A stretch of 64,000 nt of DNA from an uncultured Acidobacteriota bacterium (lineage in GTDB: Bacteria; Acidobacteriota; Thermoanaerobaculia; Multivoradales; UBA5704): the NCBI GenBank assembly GCA_963700145.1, contig OY969474.1, forward strand, positions 3,456,001-3,520,000, given 5' to 3'. A program made the position numbers and the translations under genes. Position 1 is the stretch's first letter. Each line of letters opens with the position of its first letter. Below the pieces are notes generated by a model. The model had not been told where the DNA came from. It saw nothing but the letters and a program-made list of their open reading frames with translations, and made no database searches. This document shows, one piece after another, positions 24,933 to 34,771 of the stretch.

Positions 24933-26324
24933 ATGAGCCAAGACTCCCGAGACGTCCTGGAGCGGATCGAGCGCGAGAAGGAGGGCTATCTCGAGGAGCT
25001 CAAGGACTACATCCGCATCCCGTCGATCTCGACCGACCCCGAGTACAAGAAGGACGTCCTGCGCTGCAGCGAGTGGCTGCTCGGGAAGCTCCGCGACGCC
25101 GGCCTCCAGGCCGAGAAGATCGAGACCGCCGGCAACCCCCTGGTCTACGCCGAGTGGAACGGCGCGCCGGGGAAACCCACCGTCCTCTTCTACGGCCACT
25201 ACGACGTCCAGCCGGTCGACCCGGTCGACCTCTGGCGCCACCCGCCGTTCGAGCCGACGGTCGACGGCGACAAGCTCTACGCCCGCGGCGCCACCGACGA
25301 CAAGGGGCAGTCCTACTGCCACGTCAAGGGGGTGGCGGCGCACCTGGCCGAGCGCGGGAGCCTGCCGGTCAACGTCAAGTTCATCGTCGAGGGCGAGGAG
25401 GAGTCGGGGGGCGCGGCAATCGAGAAGTTCGTCCGCGAGGACGCCGGCAAGAAGCTCGCGGCCGACGCCGTCGTCGTCTCCGACACCTCGATGTACGGCC
25501 CCGGGCAGCCGTCGCTGATCTACGGCCTCAAGGGCCTGACCTACATGGAGATCAAGGTCACCGGCCCGGCCCGCGACCTGCACTCCGGCACCTTCGGCGG
25601 CGCCGTCCAGAACCCGCTCAACGCCCTCTGCCGCATCGTCGACAGCCTGCGCGACATCGAGACCGGCAAGGTCCGGATCGACGGCTTCTACGACGACGTC
25701 CGCCCGCTCGCCGACTGGGAGCGCGAGGAGTTCGCCAAGCTCCCCTTCGACGAGGAGGCCTACAAGCGCGAGCTGGGCGTCCCCGAGCTGCACGGCGAGG
25801 AGGGGTACTCGACGCGCGAGCGCACCTGGGCGCGCCCGACCTGCGACGTCAACGGCATCTTCGGCGGCTACGAGGGGAAGGGGGCGAAGACCGTGCTGCC
25901 GTCGTGGGGCGGCGCCAAGGTCTCGATGCGGCTGGTCCCCGACCAGCAGCCGGAAAAAGTGGCCGACCTCTTCCGCAAGCACGTCGAGAAGGTGAAGCCC
26001 AAGGGAGTGACAGTCCAGGTCGATTACCTGCACGGCGCCAAGGCGGTGGTGGTCGAGGCCGAGGGGCCGCTCGTCGATGCCGCCCTCGACGCGATGGAGG
26101 ACGTCTGGGGCGCGCGCCCGGTGCGCATCCGCGAGGGGGGCTCGATCCCGATCGTCGCCACCTTCGCCGAGGTGCTGAAGGCGCCGGTCCTGCTGCTGGG
26201 CTTCGGCCTCCACGACGACGGCCTCCACTCCCCGAACGAGAAGTTCAACATCAGCCACTACTACAACGGGGTGCGCTCGGTCGCCCGCCTCCTCGACAAG
26301 GTCGGAGAGATCGGCGCCGCGTGA
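24933..26324 (+). CDS. M20 family dipeptidase
   Basis: YGHYDVQP, ARGATDDKG, EGEEESG, DLHSG, HSPNE. Confidence 0.92.
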   Translation: MSQDSRDVLERIEREKEGYLEELKDYIRIPSISTDPEYKKDVLRCSEWLLGKLRDAGLQAEKIETAGNPLVYAEWNGAPGKPTVLFYGHYDVQPVDPVDLWRHPPFEPTVDGDKLYARGATDDKGQSYCHVKGVAAHLAERGSLPVNVKFIVEGEEESGGAAIEKFVREDAGKKLAADAVVVSDTSMYGPGQPSLIYGLKGLTYMEIKVTGPARDLHSGTFGGAVQNPLNALCRIVDSLRDIETGKVRIDGFYDDVRPLADWEREEFAKLPFDEEAYKRELGVPELHGEEGYSTRERTWARPTCDVNGIFGGYEGKGAKTVLPSWGGAKVSMRLVPDQQPEKVADLFRKHVEKVKPKGVTVQVDYLHGAKAVVVEAEGPLVDAALDAMEDVWGARPVRIREGGSIPIVATFAEVLKAPVLLLGFGLHDDGLHSPNEKFNISHYYNGVRSVARLLDKVGEIGAA

Positions 26325-26331
26325 TGAGGCC

Positions 26332-26904
26332 ATGAAGTCAAAAGGCGGCGTCGAGCGCGAGCTCAAGTTCCCGCACGTCGAGCTCGAGCGCCTCCGCGAG
26401 CGGCTGGAGGAGCTCGAGGCCGAGCGGGTGGGGCCGGGGGCCTTCGAGGACAACCTCATCCTCGACCGCGACGGCGAGCTCGAGAAGGAGGGGAAGATCC
26501 TCCGCCTGCGCACCGTCGGGCAGCGCAACTGGGTGACCTTCAAGGGGCCGATGCACCTCGAAGGACTGACCAAGGTGCGCGTCGAGCACGAGATCGCGGT
26601 CGAAGGCGCGGACGAGGCGCTCGCCCTCTTCCAGAGCCTGGGCTACAGCGCCGTCACCCGCTACCAGAAGGTGCGCGAGGAGTGGATGCTCGGCGGCGTC
26701 ATGATCGCCCTCGACCACACTCCGATCGGCGACTTCGCCGAGTTCGAGGGCGACGGCGCCGAGACCGTGGCCCGCCGCTGCGGCTTCGACCCGGTCAAGG
26801 CCGAGCGCCGCTCCTACCTCCGCCTCTACGCCGCGCACCGCAAGAGCCACAAGGACGCCCCGCCCGAGATGGTCTTCCCGGCCAACCGGACGCCGGGGTC
26901 GTGA
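26332..26904 (+). CDS. CYTH / class IV adenylate cyclase family protein
   Basis: N-terminal ERELK (ExExK), LRLR, TFKGP, YQKVRE, FAEFEG, SY. Confidence 0.85.
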   Translation: MKSKGGVERELKFPHVELERLRERLEELEAERVGPGAFEDNLILDRDGELEKEGKILRLRTVGQRNWVTFKGPMHLEGLTKVRVEHEIAVEGADEALALFQSLGYSAVTRYQKVREEWMLGGVMIALDHTPIGDFAEFEGDGAETVARRCGFDPVKAERRSYLRLYAAHRKSHKDAPPEMVFPANRTPGS

Positions 26905-27944
26905 GGCGCGCGCAGGGCCGGTTGCGGGCCGTCGTGCTGGCGGCCGGCCTGGGCCTGCGCCTGCGCCCTCTCACCGAGTCCGTCCCCAAGCCGCTGCTGC
27001 CGGTGGCGGGGCTGCCGGTCCTCGGCCACACCCTGGCGCGCCTGGCCGAGCTGGGCTGCGAGGCGGCGGCGATCAACCTCCACTACCTGCCGAGAGCGAT
27101 CCGCGGCTGGTTCGGCGACTCCTTCCGCGGCCTGCCGATCACCTGGTCCGAGGAGCCGGAGGTGTTGGGCACGCTCGGGGCGCTGGCGCCGCTGCGCGAC
27201 TTCCTCCGCCCGGCCGACCTGGCCCTGCTGATCAACGGCGACAGCCTCTGCCGCTGGCCGCTCAGAAAGCTCCTGCGCCACCACCGCGCCAGCGGCGCCG
27301 ACTCGACATTGCTCTTGACCCGCCGCGCCGACCCGGCGCGCTTCGGCGGCGGCGTCGGGATCGACGGCGAGGGGCGTGTCGTCTCCTTCCGCGCTGGGGG
27401 CCCCGTGGCCGGCGAGGCGGCCGCGCACCACGTCTTCGCCGGCGCCCACATCTTCGCGCCGTCGCTGGTCGCCGGCGTCGAGGCGCGGCACTCCGACATC
27501 GTCGCCGACCTCTACCAGCCGATGCTGGCCGAAGGCCGCCCGATCGCGACGCTCCTCACCGCGCGCCCCTGGCACGACCTGGGGACGCCGCGGCGCTACC
27601 TCGAGGGTGTCCTCGAGACGGTGCGCGGCCGTTGGCCGCGCCCGCTGCCGCGCTCCTGGGTAGCGCCGGAGGCGAGCCTGGGCGCGGGGGCGCGGCTGCG
27701 CGACGCGGCGGTTGAGGCGCTCGCCGCGGTCGGGCCCGGGGCGCAGATCGAGCGCTCGCTCCTCCTGCCCGGCGCACGAGTAGGCGAGGGCTGCGTCCTG
27801 CGCGAGGCGATCGTCGGCTACGGCGTCGAGCTGCCGCCGGGGAGCTGGGTGGAGCGCCGGGTGGCGACGCCGCGTCGCGCCGGCGAGGCGCTCGGCGAGG
27901 GCCAGTCGGCGGTGGGCGAGGTCGTCTACACTCCTCTGGCGTGA
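26901..27944 (+). CDS. sugar-phosphate nucleotidyltransferase
   Basis: VLAAGLGLRLRPLT..PKPL, INGD, WHDLGTP; C-terminal hexapeptide-like region. Confidence 0.88.
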   Translation: MRRAQGRLRAVVLAAGLGLRLRPLTESVPKPLLPVAGLPVLGHTLARLAELGCEAAAINLHYLPRAIRGWFGDSFRGLPITWSEEPEVLGTLGALAPLRDFLRPADLALLINGDSLCRWPLRKLLRHHRASGADSTLLLTRRADPARFGGGVGIDGEGRVVSFRAGGPVAGEAAAHHVFAGAHIFAPSLVAGVEARHSDIVADLYQPMLAEGRPIATLLTARPWHDLGTPRRYLEGVLETVRGRWPRPLPRSWVAPEASLGAGARLRDAAVEALAAVGPGAQIERSLLLPGARVGEGCVLREAIVGYGVELPPGSWVERRVATPRRAGEALGEGQSAVGEVVYTPLA

Positions 27945-28687
27945 GCCCCGCCAGCCGAACGCCGCGCCGCGCCGACCCCCGCTACCGCCTCCTCGTCTTC
28001 GACTGGGACGGCACGCTCATGGACTCGGTGGGGACGATCGTCGCCTGCGCGCAGGCCACGATCTGCGGCCTCGGCCTGCCGCTGCCGGGCGAGGGAGTCA
28101 TCCGCTCGACCGTCGGGCTCGGGCTGCGCGAGACGATCGAGCGCCTGCAGCCGGGCTGCGACGACGCCCTCTACGAGCGCATCGTCGCCGCCTACCGCAT
28201 GCATTGGCACGGCACCTACCGCGACCTGCCGCTCCTCTTCCCCGAAGTGCGCGAGCTGCTCGACGGCCTGGCGGAGGCGGGGCACCTCCTCGCCGTCGCC
28301 ACCGGCAAGAGCCGGCGCGGCCTCGAGCACGCGCTCGAGCAGAGCGGGCTCGCGAGCCGCTTCCACGCCACGCGCACCGCCGACGAGGCGCCGTCGAAGC
28401 CGCATCCGCAGATGCTCTGGGACCTGCTCGAGGAGCTGGGAACGCGCCAGGAGGAGACGCTGATGGTCGGCGACACCACGCACGACCTCCAGATGGCGCG
28501 CAGCGCCGGCGTGGCGGCGGTAGGGGTGGCGAGCGGCACCCAGCCGCGCGCCGAGCTGGAGCGCCTGGCGCCGCTCGCCTGCCTGGAGCGGGTGGGGGAG
28601 CTGGCCCCCTGGCTCGCCGGCGCCCCCCTCTCCCATGTGGGAGAGGGGCCAGGGGTGAGGGAGATGGGGTCAATGCAGGAAAGGTAG
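27941..28687 (+). CDS. HAD-IA hydrolase (phosphoglycolate phosphatase-like)
   Basis: FDWDGTLMDS, VATGK, SKPHP, MVGDTTHD. Confidence 0.9.
   Translation: MSPASRTPRRADPRYRLLVFDWDGTLMDSVGTIVACAQATICGLGLPLPGEGVIRSTVGLGLRETIERLQPGCDDALYERIVAAYRMHWHGTYRDLPLLFPEVRELLDGLAEAGHLLAVATGKSRRGLEHALEQSGLASRFHATRTADEAPSKPHPQMLWDLLEELGTRQEETLMVGDTTHDLQMARSAGVAAVGVASGTQPRAELERLAPLACLERVGELAPWLAGAPLSHVGEGPGVREMGSMQER
28622..28683. repeat. REP-like palindromic element, copy 2
   Basis: CCCCTCTCCC...GGGAGAGGGG hairpin, GGGGTGAGGG, then GTCAATGCAGGAAAG; forms the HAD gene tail. Confidence 0.65.
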
Positions 28688-28705
28688 CCGTTTCCTTCCC
28701 TCTTC

Positions 28706-29584
28706 CTACGACTTCCCCTTCCAGCCCGCCAGCGAGGTCTCGAGCTCCGCCACGATGTTGGCCGGCGGCGGGTTGGTCGCGGCCTTGGCGGCGGCGAGCG
28801 CCTTCTCGGCGTGGGCGATCGCCCCCGCCGTGTCGTTCTTCTTCTCGCGCAGGCGCGCCATCGCGCGGTGGTTCCAGAAGCTCTCGCCCATGGCCAGCGA
28901 GGCCGCCAGCCAGCGCTCCGCCTCGTCGAGGCAGGTGTTGTTGTCGAGGCAGTAGTTGGCCGCCTGGTAGGGGGTCTGCCAGCGCAGCGTCTCGTTGGCC
29001 TTGGCGAGCACCAGCTTCGGCGTGTCGATCTCGAGCTTGAACGGCACCTCGATCTTTTCCCAGGCGAGCACCACGTTGGCCGAGGTGTCGGTCAGGTCTT
29101 CGAAGCTGAACTGCAGCCGCTCGTGCGGGTGCTCCGACGGCCGCGGCTTGACGGTGGCGCGCAGGGCGTCGTTCTCCGGCTTGTATTCGAAGGCGCCCCA
29201 GGCGTCGGCGTCCTTGGAGAGGATCAGCGTCCAGTCCCCTTCCGTCGGGATGGTCTGGAGGCCGTAGGTGCCGGCCGGCAGCTCGGTGCCCTCGACCTTC
29301 ACGGGGGTCGAGAAGCTGATCGTGGTGTTCTCGTTGGCGCCGGAGCGCCAGACCTCGCCGTAGGGCACCAGCTCGCCCCAGATCTTCCGCCCCTTGACGC
29401 CGGGACGGCTGTAGCGGAGGGTGACCTCGGTGACGCCGATCACCTGGGTGACGGTAGCGTTGGGCGACAGGCGCGGGAACTGGACCTGCGGCTGCTGCGC
29501 CGCCGCGGGGGCGGCCGGCAGCAGGACGGTGAGCGCGGCGAGCGCGGTGAAGTAGGCGGCGGCGCGCGAGTGGGTCAGACGCAT
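28706..29584 (-). CDS. secreted DUF2911 protein with TPR tail
   Basis: Signal peptide; YSRPGVKGRKIWGELVPYGEVWRSGANE; WGAF. Confidence 0.85.
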   Translation of the reverse strand: MRLTHSRAAAYFTALAALTVLLPAAPAAAQQPQVQFPRLSPNATVTQVIGVTEVTLRYSRPGVKGRKIWGELVPYGEVWRSGANENTTISFSTPVKVEGTELPAGTYGLQTIPTEGDWTLILSKDADAWGAFEYKPENDALRATVKPRPSEHPHERLQFSFEDLTDTSANVVLAWEKIEVPFKLEIDTPKLVLAKANETLRWQTPYQAANYCLDNNTCLDEAERWLAASLAMGESFWNHRAMARLREKKNDTAGAIAHAEKALAAAKAATNPPPANIVAELETSLAGWKGKS

Positions 29585-29615
29585 CGGGTTTTCTCCTTTC
29601 GAGCGAAGCTGGAAT

Positions 29616-30683
29616 CTACCAGAGCGCGGGCGCCGCGGCCGGCACCGGCGCGGCGGCCGGCGCGACCCAGCCGTGGAGGCTCTCGAGCGCCAGCTCGGCC
29701 AGGGCGCGGACGTGGTCGGGGCGGTCGTTGAGCGCCGGGACGTAGCGGTAGCTCTCGCCGCCGGCGGCGAGGAACACCTCGCGGTTCTCCTCGTCGATCT
29801 CCTCGATCGTCTCCAGGCAGTCGGCCGAGAAGCCCGGGCAGACGACGTCGAGGCGGCGCACGCCGTCGGCGGCGAGCTGGCGGATCGTCTGGTCGGTGTA
29901 GGGCCGGAGCCACTCCTCCTTGCCGAAGAGCGACTGGAAGGAGACCACCCAGCGCTCGCGCGGCAGCCCCAGCCGCTCGGCGGCGAGGCGCGCCGTCTCC
30001 CGGCAGTGGCGCGGGTAGGGGTCGCCGGCGTCGGCGTAGCGCTGCGGGATGCCGTGGAACGAGAAGAGCAGCCGCTCGCCCGGCGGCTCGCGCCGCCAGG
30101 CCTCGCGCACCGAGGCCGCCAGCGCCTCCACGTAGGCCGGCCGGTCGAAGTAGTGGTGCACGGTGCGCAGCTCCGGCACCCAGCGCCAGCGGGCCAGCTC
30201 CTCGGCGGCCGCGTCGAAGGTGGAGCCGGTCGTCACCGCCGAGTACTGCGGGTAGAGGGGCAGCAGCACGATCCGCACGCACCCCTGCTCGGCCAGCTCG
30301 CGTAGCGCCGCCGGCAGCGACGGGTTGCCGTAGCGCATGCCGAGGGCGACCGGCACGGGCCCGCCGGCCAAGCGCGCCAGCTCCTCCGCCAGCGCCGCCT
30401 GCTGCCGCCGGCTGATGACCAGGAGCGGCGACCCCTCGGGCGTCCAGACCTTGCGGTAGAGCGCCGCCGACTTGCGCGGCCGGAAAGGGAGGACCGCGAG
30501 GTGGAGGATCGTCCACCAGAGCGGCCGCGGCAGCTCGATGACCCGCGGGTCGAGCAGGAACTGCCGCAGGTAGCGGCGCAGCGCCTTGGGCGTCGGCGCA
30601 TCGGGGGTGCCGAGGTTGGCGATCAGCACCCCCGCGCGCGCGGGCTCGCCGGGCGGGAGCTCGGGCGCGGGGCGGTACTTCAT
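29616..30683 (-). CDS. hemH: ferrochelatase
   Basis: NLGTP, MRYGNP, LPLYPQYS, FSFHGIP, FQS, PGFSADCLETIEEI. Confidence 0.96.
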   Translation of the reverse strand: MKYRPAPELPPGEPARAGVLIANLGTPDAPTPKALRRYLRQFLLDPRVIELPRPLWWTILHLAVLPFRPRKSAALYRKVWTPEGSPLLVISRRQQAALAEELARLAGGPVPVALGMRYGNPSLPAALRELAEQGCVRIVLLPLYPQYSAVTTGSTFDAAAEELARWRWVPELRTVHHYFDRPAYVEALAASVREAWRREPPGERLLFSFHGIPQRYADAGDPYPRHCRETARLAAERLGLPRERWVVSFQSLFGKEEWLRPYTDQTIRQLAADGVRRLDVVCPGFSADCLETIEEIDEENREVFLAAGGESYRYVPALNDRPDHVRALAELALESLHGWVAPAAAPVPAAAPALW

Positions 30684-30695
30684 GCGCCGCGCAGT

Positions 30696-31904
30696 CTAAG
30701 CCGACAGCAGGCCGAAGACCTCCGCCACCTGCTCCCAGCCGACCCGCATCAGGAACGTGTTGTTGCGGCCGTAGCTCTTGGCGCCGAGGATGAAGAAGCC
30801 GGGCTCGGGGTTGGTCAGCACCTCGACGCCGTGGCTGGTCTGGGCGAGGCAGTCGCCGGCGGCGGCGCCGAGGAGGGCGGCCGAGAGCTTCATCGGCGCG
30901 GCGGTGGCGTAGCACTCGTGCACCTGGAGCTGGCGGTAGAGGGAGTGGTCGCCGACCGAGCCGGTGAGCGACAGGACGCGGTCCACGACGACGCTCTCGC
31001 CGCCGCCGTTGCGCAGCCGCACGAGCACCCGCCCTTCGGCCGCCGGCGCCAGCTCCTCGACCGCCACGCCGCGCCGCGCCAGGAGCGCCGGCGAGGCGCC
31101 GGCCGCCAGCTCGGCCGCCGCCGCCGCCAGCGCGGCGCGCTCGGGCAGCGGGTCGCCTTCGGGGCTCCCCCAGGCCGGCTCCGGCCGCCGCAGCGCCCAG
31201 ACGATCCGCGTCCCCGGCGCCTCGCGCGCCAGCTCCGCCAGGTCGCGCGCCGCGGTCTGCGCCGAGTGCCCGGAGCCGGCGAGGAGCACCGTCTTCCCCG
31301 CCCACTCCCCCGCCTCGCGCGCCAGGTCGGGGATGGCGCGGTAGACGGCCCCGGCGAGGCCGCGCTCCCCCGGCGCCGGGATGCCGCCGTCCCCCAGGCT
31401 GTTGGGCTGGCCGTAGGTGCCGGTGGCGTCGATCACCAGGTCCGCGTGCTCCACCCACTCCCGCCCGTCGCGGCCGGCGAGGAGCAGCCGGAAGGGGGTA
31501 GCGCCGCGCGTCGCGTTGGCGATCTCCTCGTGCTTCAAGAGCCCTTCGCGGCCGACGGCGAGGACGCGCGTGCCGAGCCGCAGGCGCGGCGCCACCGCCG
31601 GCAGGCAGGCCAGCGGCGCGAGGAGGCGCTCGGCCAGCTCCCGGCCGGTCGGGCAGTCGTCGCCTTCGGGCGCCTCGTAGCCGGCGGCCGCGAGCGCGGC
31701 GCGCATGCGCGGCGAGACGTTGAGCGACCAGGGGGTGAAGAGGCGGACGTGCCCCCAGGCGCGGACGTGACCGCCCGGCTCCGCCGCCGCCTCGTAGAGG
31801 GTGAAGGGGTGGCCCGCCTCGGCGGCGGCGAGCGCCGCCTCGAGGCCGATCGGGCCGGCGCCCAGGATCGCGATGTGCGGCTTGGCTGCGGGGGTCGTGC
31901 TCAT
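30696..31904 (-). CDS. FAD/NAD(P)-dependent flavoprotein (monooxygenase-like)
   Basis: GAGPIG, WGHVRLFTPW, IDATGT, GSGHSA, GAKSYGR. Confidence 0.8.
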   Translation of the reverse strand: MSTTPAAKPHIAILGAGPIGLEAALAAAEAGHPFTLYEAAAEPGGHVRAWGHVRLFTPWSLNVSPRMRAALAAAGYEAPEGDDCPTGRELAERLLAPLACLPAVAPRLRLGTRVLAVGREGLLKHEEIANATRGATPFRLLLAGRDGREWVEHADLVIDATGTYGQPNSLGDGGIPAPGERGLAGAVYRAIPDLAREAGEWAGKTVLLAGSGHSAQTAARDLAELAREAPGTRIVWALRRPEPAWGSPEGDPLPERAALAAAAAELAAGASPALLARRGVAVEELAPAAEGRVLVRLRNGGGESVVVDRVLSLTGSVGDHSLYRQLQVHECYATAAPMKLSAALLGAAAGDCLAQTSHGVEVLTNPEPGFFILGAKSYGRNNTFLMRVGWEQVAEVFGLLSA

Positions 31905-31922
31905 CGTCGTCTCCTCGTCGGT

Positions 31923-32885
31923 TCAGAACTTCGACGTCGCGCGCTCGCGCGCCGGCAGGATCTCGAGGCAGGTGGTCCACCAGCCGGAGAGGACGGTCTC
32001 GACGAACTCCTCCGGCAGCCGCTCGGCGCGCATCTCGGCGGCGAGCGCTTCGTGGTCGTAGGGCAGCGGCACGAGCTCGACGTCGAGCGCCGCCTCGCCC
32101 GCGCCCGCCGCGACCAGCGCGTACCAGACCTCCGTCCGCCCGTCGTTGGCGGGCCGGCCGAGGGCGCCGACGTTGACGACCTCGCGGCCGGAGGGGAGGC
32201 GGCGGTGCCAGTGCAGGCCGGTGTGGGTGCAGAGGACGGCGTCGCAGCGGTTCTGCGCCGCCAGCAGCTCCAGGAACGGCACCGGCGCGGTCGAGGCGAA
32301 GAGGAACTCGTTGACCCGCCGCGGCGAGCCGTGGACCAGGAGCAGCTCGCGCCCGCCGACCCGCACCCGCCGCCGCTTCGGCAGCGTCCCCATCCACGCC
32401 TTGAAGGCCGGCGTGCAGTGCCGCTCGGTGTAGTGGTAGGAGAGCTCGGCGAAGTGGTTGTCGCGCGGGTCGGTGTAGCCGCAGTTGCAGTCCTCGCGGC
32501 CGGCAGCGAGCGACTCCTCGTAGTTGCCCTGGATGGCGCGCACGCCGCCGCGCTCGAGGAGCGGCCAGACCTTTTCAGGGGACGGGCCGAAGCCGCCGAG
32601 GTCGCCGAGGCAGTAGACCGCCTCGGCGCCGCGCCGCGCGGCGTCGGCGAGGAGCGCCGCCAGGGCGTGGTGGTTGCTGTAGACGCCGCCGCAGACGGCG
32701 ATCTTCGCGAACGGCCCCTCGACGGGCGTGGGATCGGCGAACGGCGCGCCGTAGGCGGCGGCGGCTGCGGCACGCTCCGGTTCCGGCAGCGCGCGGCCGG
32801 CCCGCGCCGCCGCGGCACGGAAGTCGCCGAGCGGCACCAGCCGCTCGCCCCACGTCGCCAGGCCGCGGTGCGTGGTAAGCCCCAT
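31923..32885 (-). CDS. metallophosphoesterase family protein
   Basis: GGVYSN, CLGDL, QGNYE, VHGSP, HTG, NVG; own ATG two bases after the radical SAM stop. Confidence 0.8.
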   Translation of the reverse strand: MGLTTHRGLATWGERLVPLGDFRAAAARAGRALPEPERAAAAAAYGAPFADPTPVEGPFAKIAVCGGVYSNHHALAALLADAARRGAEAVYCLGDLGGFGPSPEKVWPLLERGGVRAIQGNYEESLAAGREDCNCGYTDPRDNHFAELSYHYTERHCTPAFKAWMGTLPKRRRVRVGGRELLLVHGSPRRVNEFLFASTAPVPFLELLAAQNRCDAVLCTHTGLHWHRRLPSGREVVNVGALGRPANDGRTEVWYALVAAGAGEAALDVELVPLPYDHEALAAEMRAERLPEEFVETVLSGWWTTCLEILPARERATSKF

Positions 32886-32887
32886 CG

Positions 32888-33782
32888 TCAGGTCCGGCAG
32901 CTCACGCCGTAGACGTGGCAGGTCCAGCAGGCGGAGTGGGCGAGCGGGAAGGGGCCGAGGGTGTCGGCGAGCGTCTCGCCCATCCTGGCCCGACGGCTCG
33001 TTGACCAGGATCGGGCAGACCCACACCCCCTGGTCGGTCGCCATGCGGCAGCCGCTGCACTGCAGGTGGTCCCAGCTCCCGTCCGGGGCGTCGCCCTCCG
33101 ACAGCCGCTGCCAGCTCGCGTAGGCGCCGCCGCGCTCGGCCTCGGCGCCGATCTGGAAGACCGGCAGGACCTTGAGGCGCGGCTTCGCGATGCCCAGGTC
33201 GCGCAGCAGCGCGAAGAAGCGCGCCTTCCCTTCGACGGTCGCGGCGTCGCGGCAGACCTCGGTGACGGTGATGACCGGGTTGAGCCCGGCCGCGTGCAGG
33301 TTGCGGACGCCCTCCAGGATGCGTTCGAAGGTGCCGGCGCCGCGGATCGGGTCGTTCGTCGCGGCGTCGTAGCCGTCGAGCGAGACGCGCAGGTCGAGCG
33401 AGTAGGGCGTGGCGTCGGCGAGCGCCGCCAGGCGGGCGCAGCGGCGCGGGTCGAGGAGGAGGCCGTTGGTCAGCACGCTCGCCGGCCCGACGCGCAGCGT
33501 CGCTTCGAGGATCGCCTCCATCTCCGGGTTCAGGAACGGCTCGCCGCCGGTGAAGTAGTACTCGCGCACGCCGAGCGCCGCGGCCTCGGCGAGGTAGCCC
33601 TCGACCTGCGCCAGCGTCATGAGCTCGTGCGTGTGGTTGGTCGGCGAGCAGGAGATGAAGCAGTGGGTGCAGGCCAGGTTGCAGACCGTGCCGCCGACCT
33701 GGAACCAGAGGGTGTCGAGCGCGCGCAGCTCGACCCGCGGCACGGGGCGGTCGGTCGGAGAGCTTGCGGACAAGTCGGTCAC
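32888..33782 (-). CDS. radical SAM protein (ArsS-related), one frameshift near 32989
   Basis: CNLACTHC, FTGGEP, LTNG; removing one base restores a CPIL...AHSACWTCHVYGVSCRT-stop end. Confidence 0.8.
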
Positions 33783-33869
33783 GGCGTTCGATCCAGACGA
33801 CGGCGGCCTCGATGCACGACACCGAGGTCGTCAAACTCGGCGTGCGGCGCGCGGGCCGCGGGGACGGGA

Positions 33870-34625
33870 TCAGAAGGGCAGGAGCGGCGGCGGCGCGCGG
33901 GCGGGGAGTGGCGAGGAGGCGGCGAAGGCCGGCAGGTCCAGCCGTCGGGGCCGCGCCGGGCGCGCCAGCGCGGCGAGCGTGCGGGCGAGGAGCGCGCGCC
34001 AGAGCGCCAGGCGCTCGCCGCCCGCGTCGGCCCCGCCGTCGCCCAGCCAGCCGGCGAGGTCGGCCGGATCGTCGAGGTCGGCGAGCGGCGGCAGCAGCTC
34101 GACCGGCCGCCCGGCGGCGCGCAGCGCGGCGAGGAGGCTCGCCAGCGCGTCGGCGCGGCACCAGCGGACCGCGGCAAGGTCGGAGATCGGGCCGGCCGCC
34201 GCGAGGAGGTAGAGCCCGCCGTCCGGGCTCGGGCCGACGACGACGGCGTCGGGCCGGACGGCGAGGAGCGCCAGCGCGCGCTCGACGTGCGCCGCGGCGA
34301 GCCCCGGGGTGTCGGCGCCGACGACGACGAGCGGCGCCGCGCCGCCGGCGAAGGCCTCGGCCATCGCCGCCTCCAGCCGCGCGCCGAACGGGCCCTGCCG
34401 CTGCGGCAGCTCGCGGTCGGCGTCGAGGCCGAGCGGCGCCGGCGAGCAGACCGCGGTCGCCAGCCCCGCGGCGCGGCCGGCGGCGAGCGCCGCCTCGGCG
34501 CAGGCGCGGCGCATGCCGACCTCGAGCGCCGCCAGCCGCCGCGGCAGGAGCGGCCGGCGGGCGCGCTCCGCCGGAGCGCCGAGCGTGAAGACCAGCAGCG
34601 TCGGAGTGCCTGCGATCGAAGACAT
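33870..34625 (-). CDS. DUF2064 / CofC-like glycosyltransferase-fold protein with C-terminal RAPP
   Basis: QRQGPFGARL, VGADTP, GPSPDGGLYL, LADLDDPADL; ends PARAPPPLLPF. Confidence 0.8.
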   Translation of the reverse strand: MSSIAGTPTLLVFTLGAPAERARRPLLPRRLAALEVGMRRACAEAALAAGRAAGLATAVCSPAPLGLDADRELPQRQGPFGARLEAAMAEAFAGGAAPLVVVGADTPGLAAAHVERALALLAVRPDAVVVGPSPDGGLYLLAAAGPISDLAAVRWCRADALASLLAALRAAGRPVELLPPLADLDDPADLAGWLGDGGADAGGERLALWRALLARTLAALARPARPRRLDLPAFAASSPLPARAPPPLLPF

Positions 34626-34771
34626 GCCTTGCGGCTCTATACGGCGCCCGCGCCGGCCGCGGATGCCGCGCCGGCGCGCGTTTCGGCAAGAGCGCGAGGA
34701 AGTCTAGCGCAAGCCGCGGCGTGCTACGCTGGCGCCCCGCTCGCCGGCCGCGGGCGGCGCGTGGACCCCGC

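Noticed and set aside
31923-33782. 619-aa radical SAM-phosphoesterase fusion in the ORF track
   Set aside because: One extra base near 32989 explains it; correction gives a Cys-rich radical SAM end, a stop at 32888 and a separate ATG at 32885
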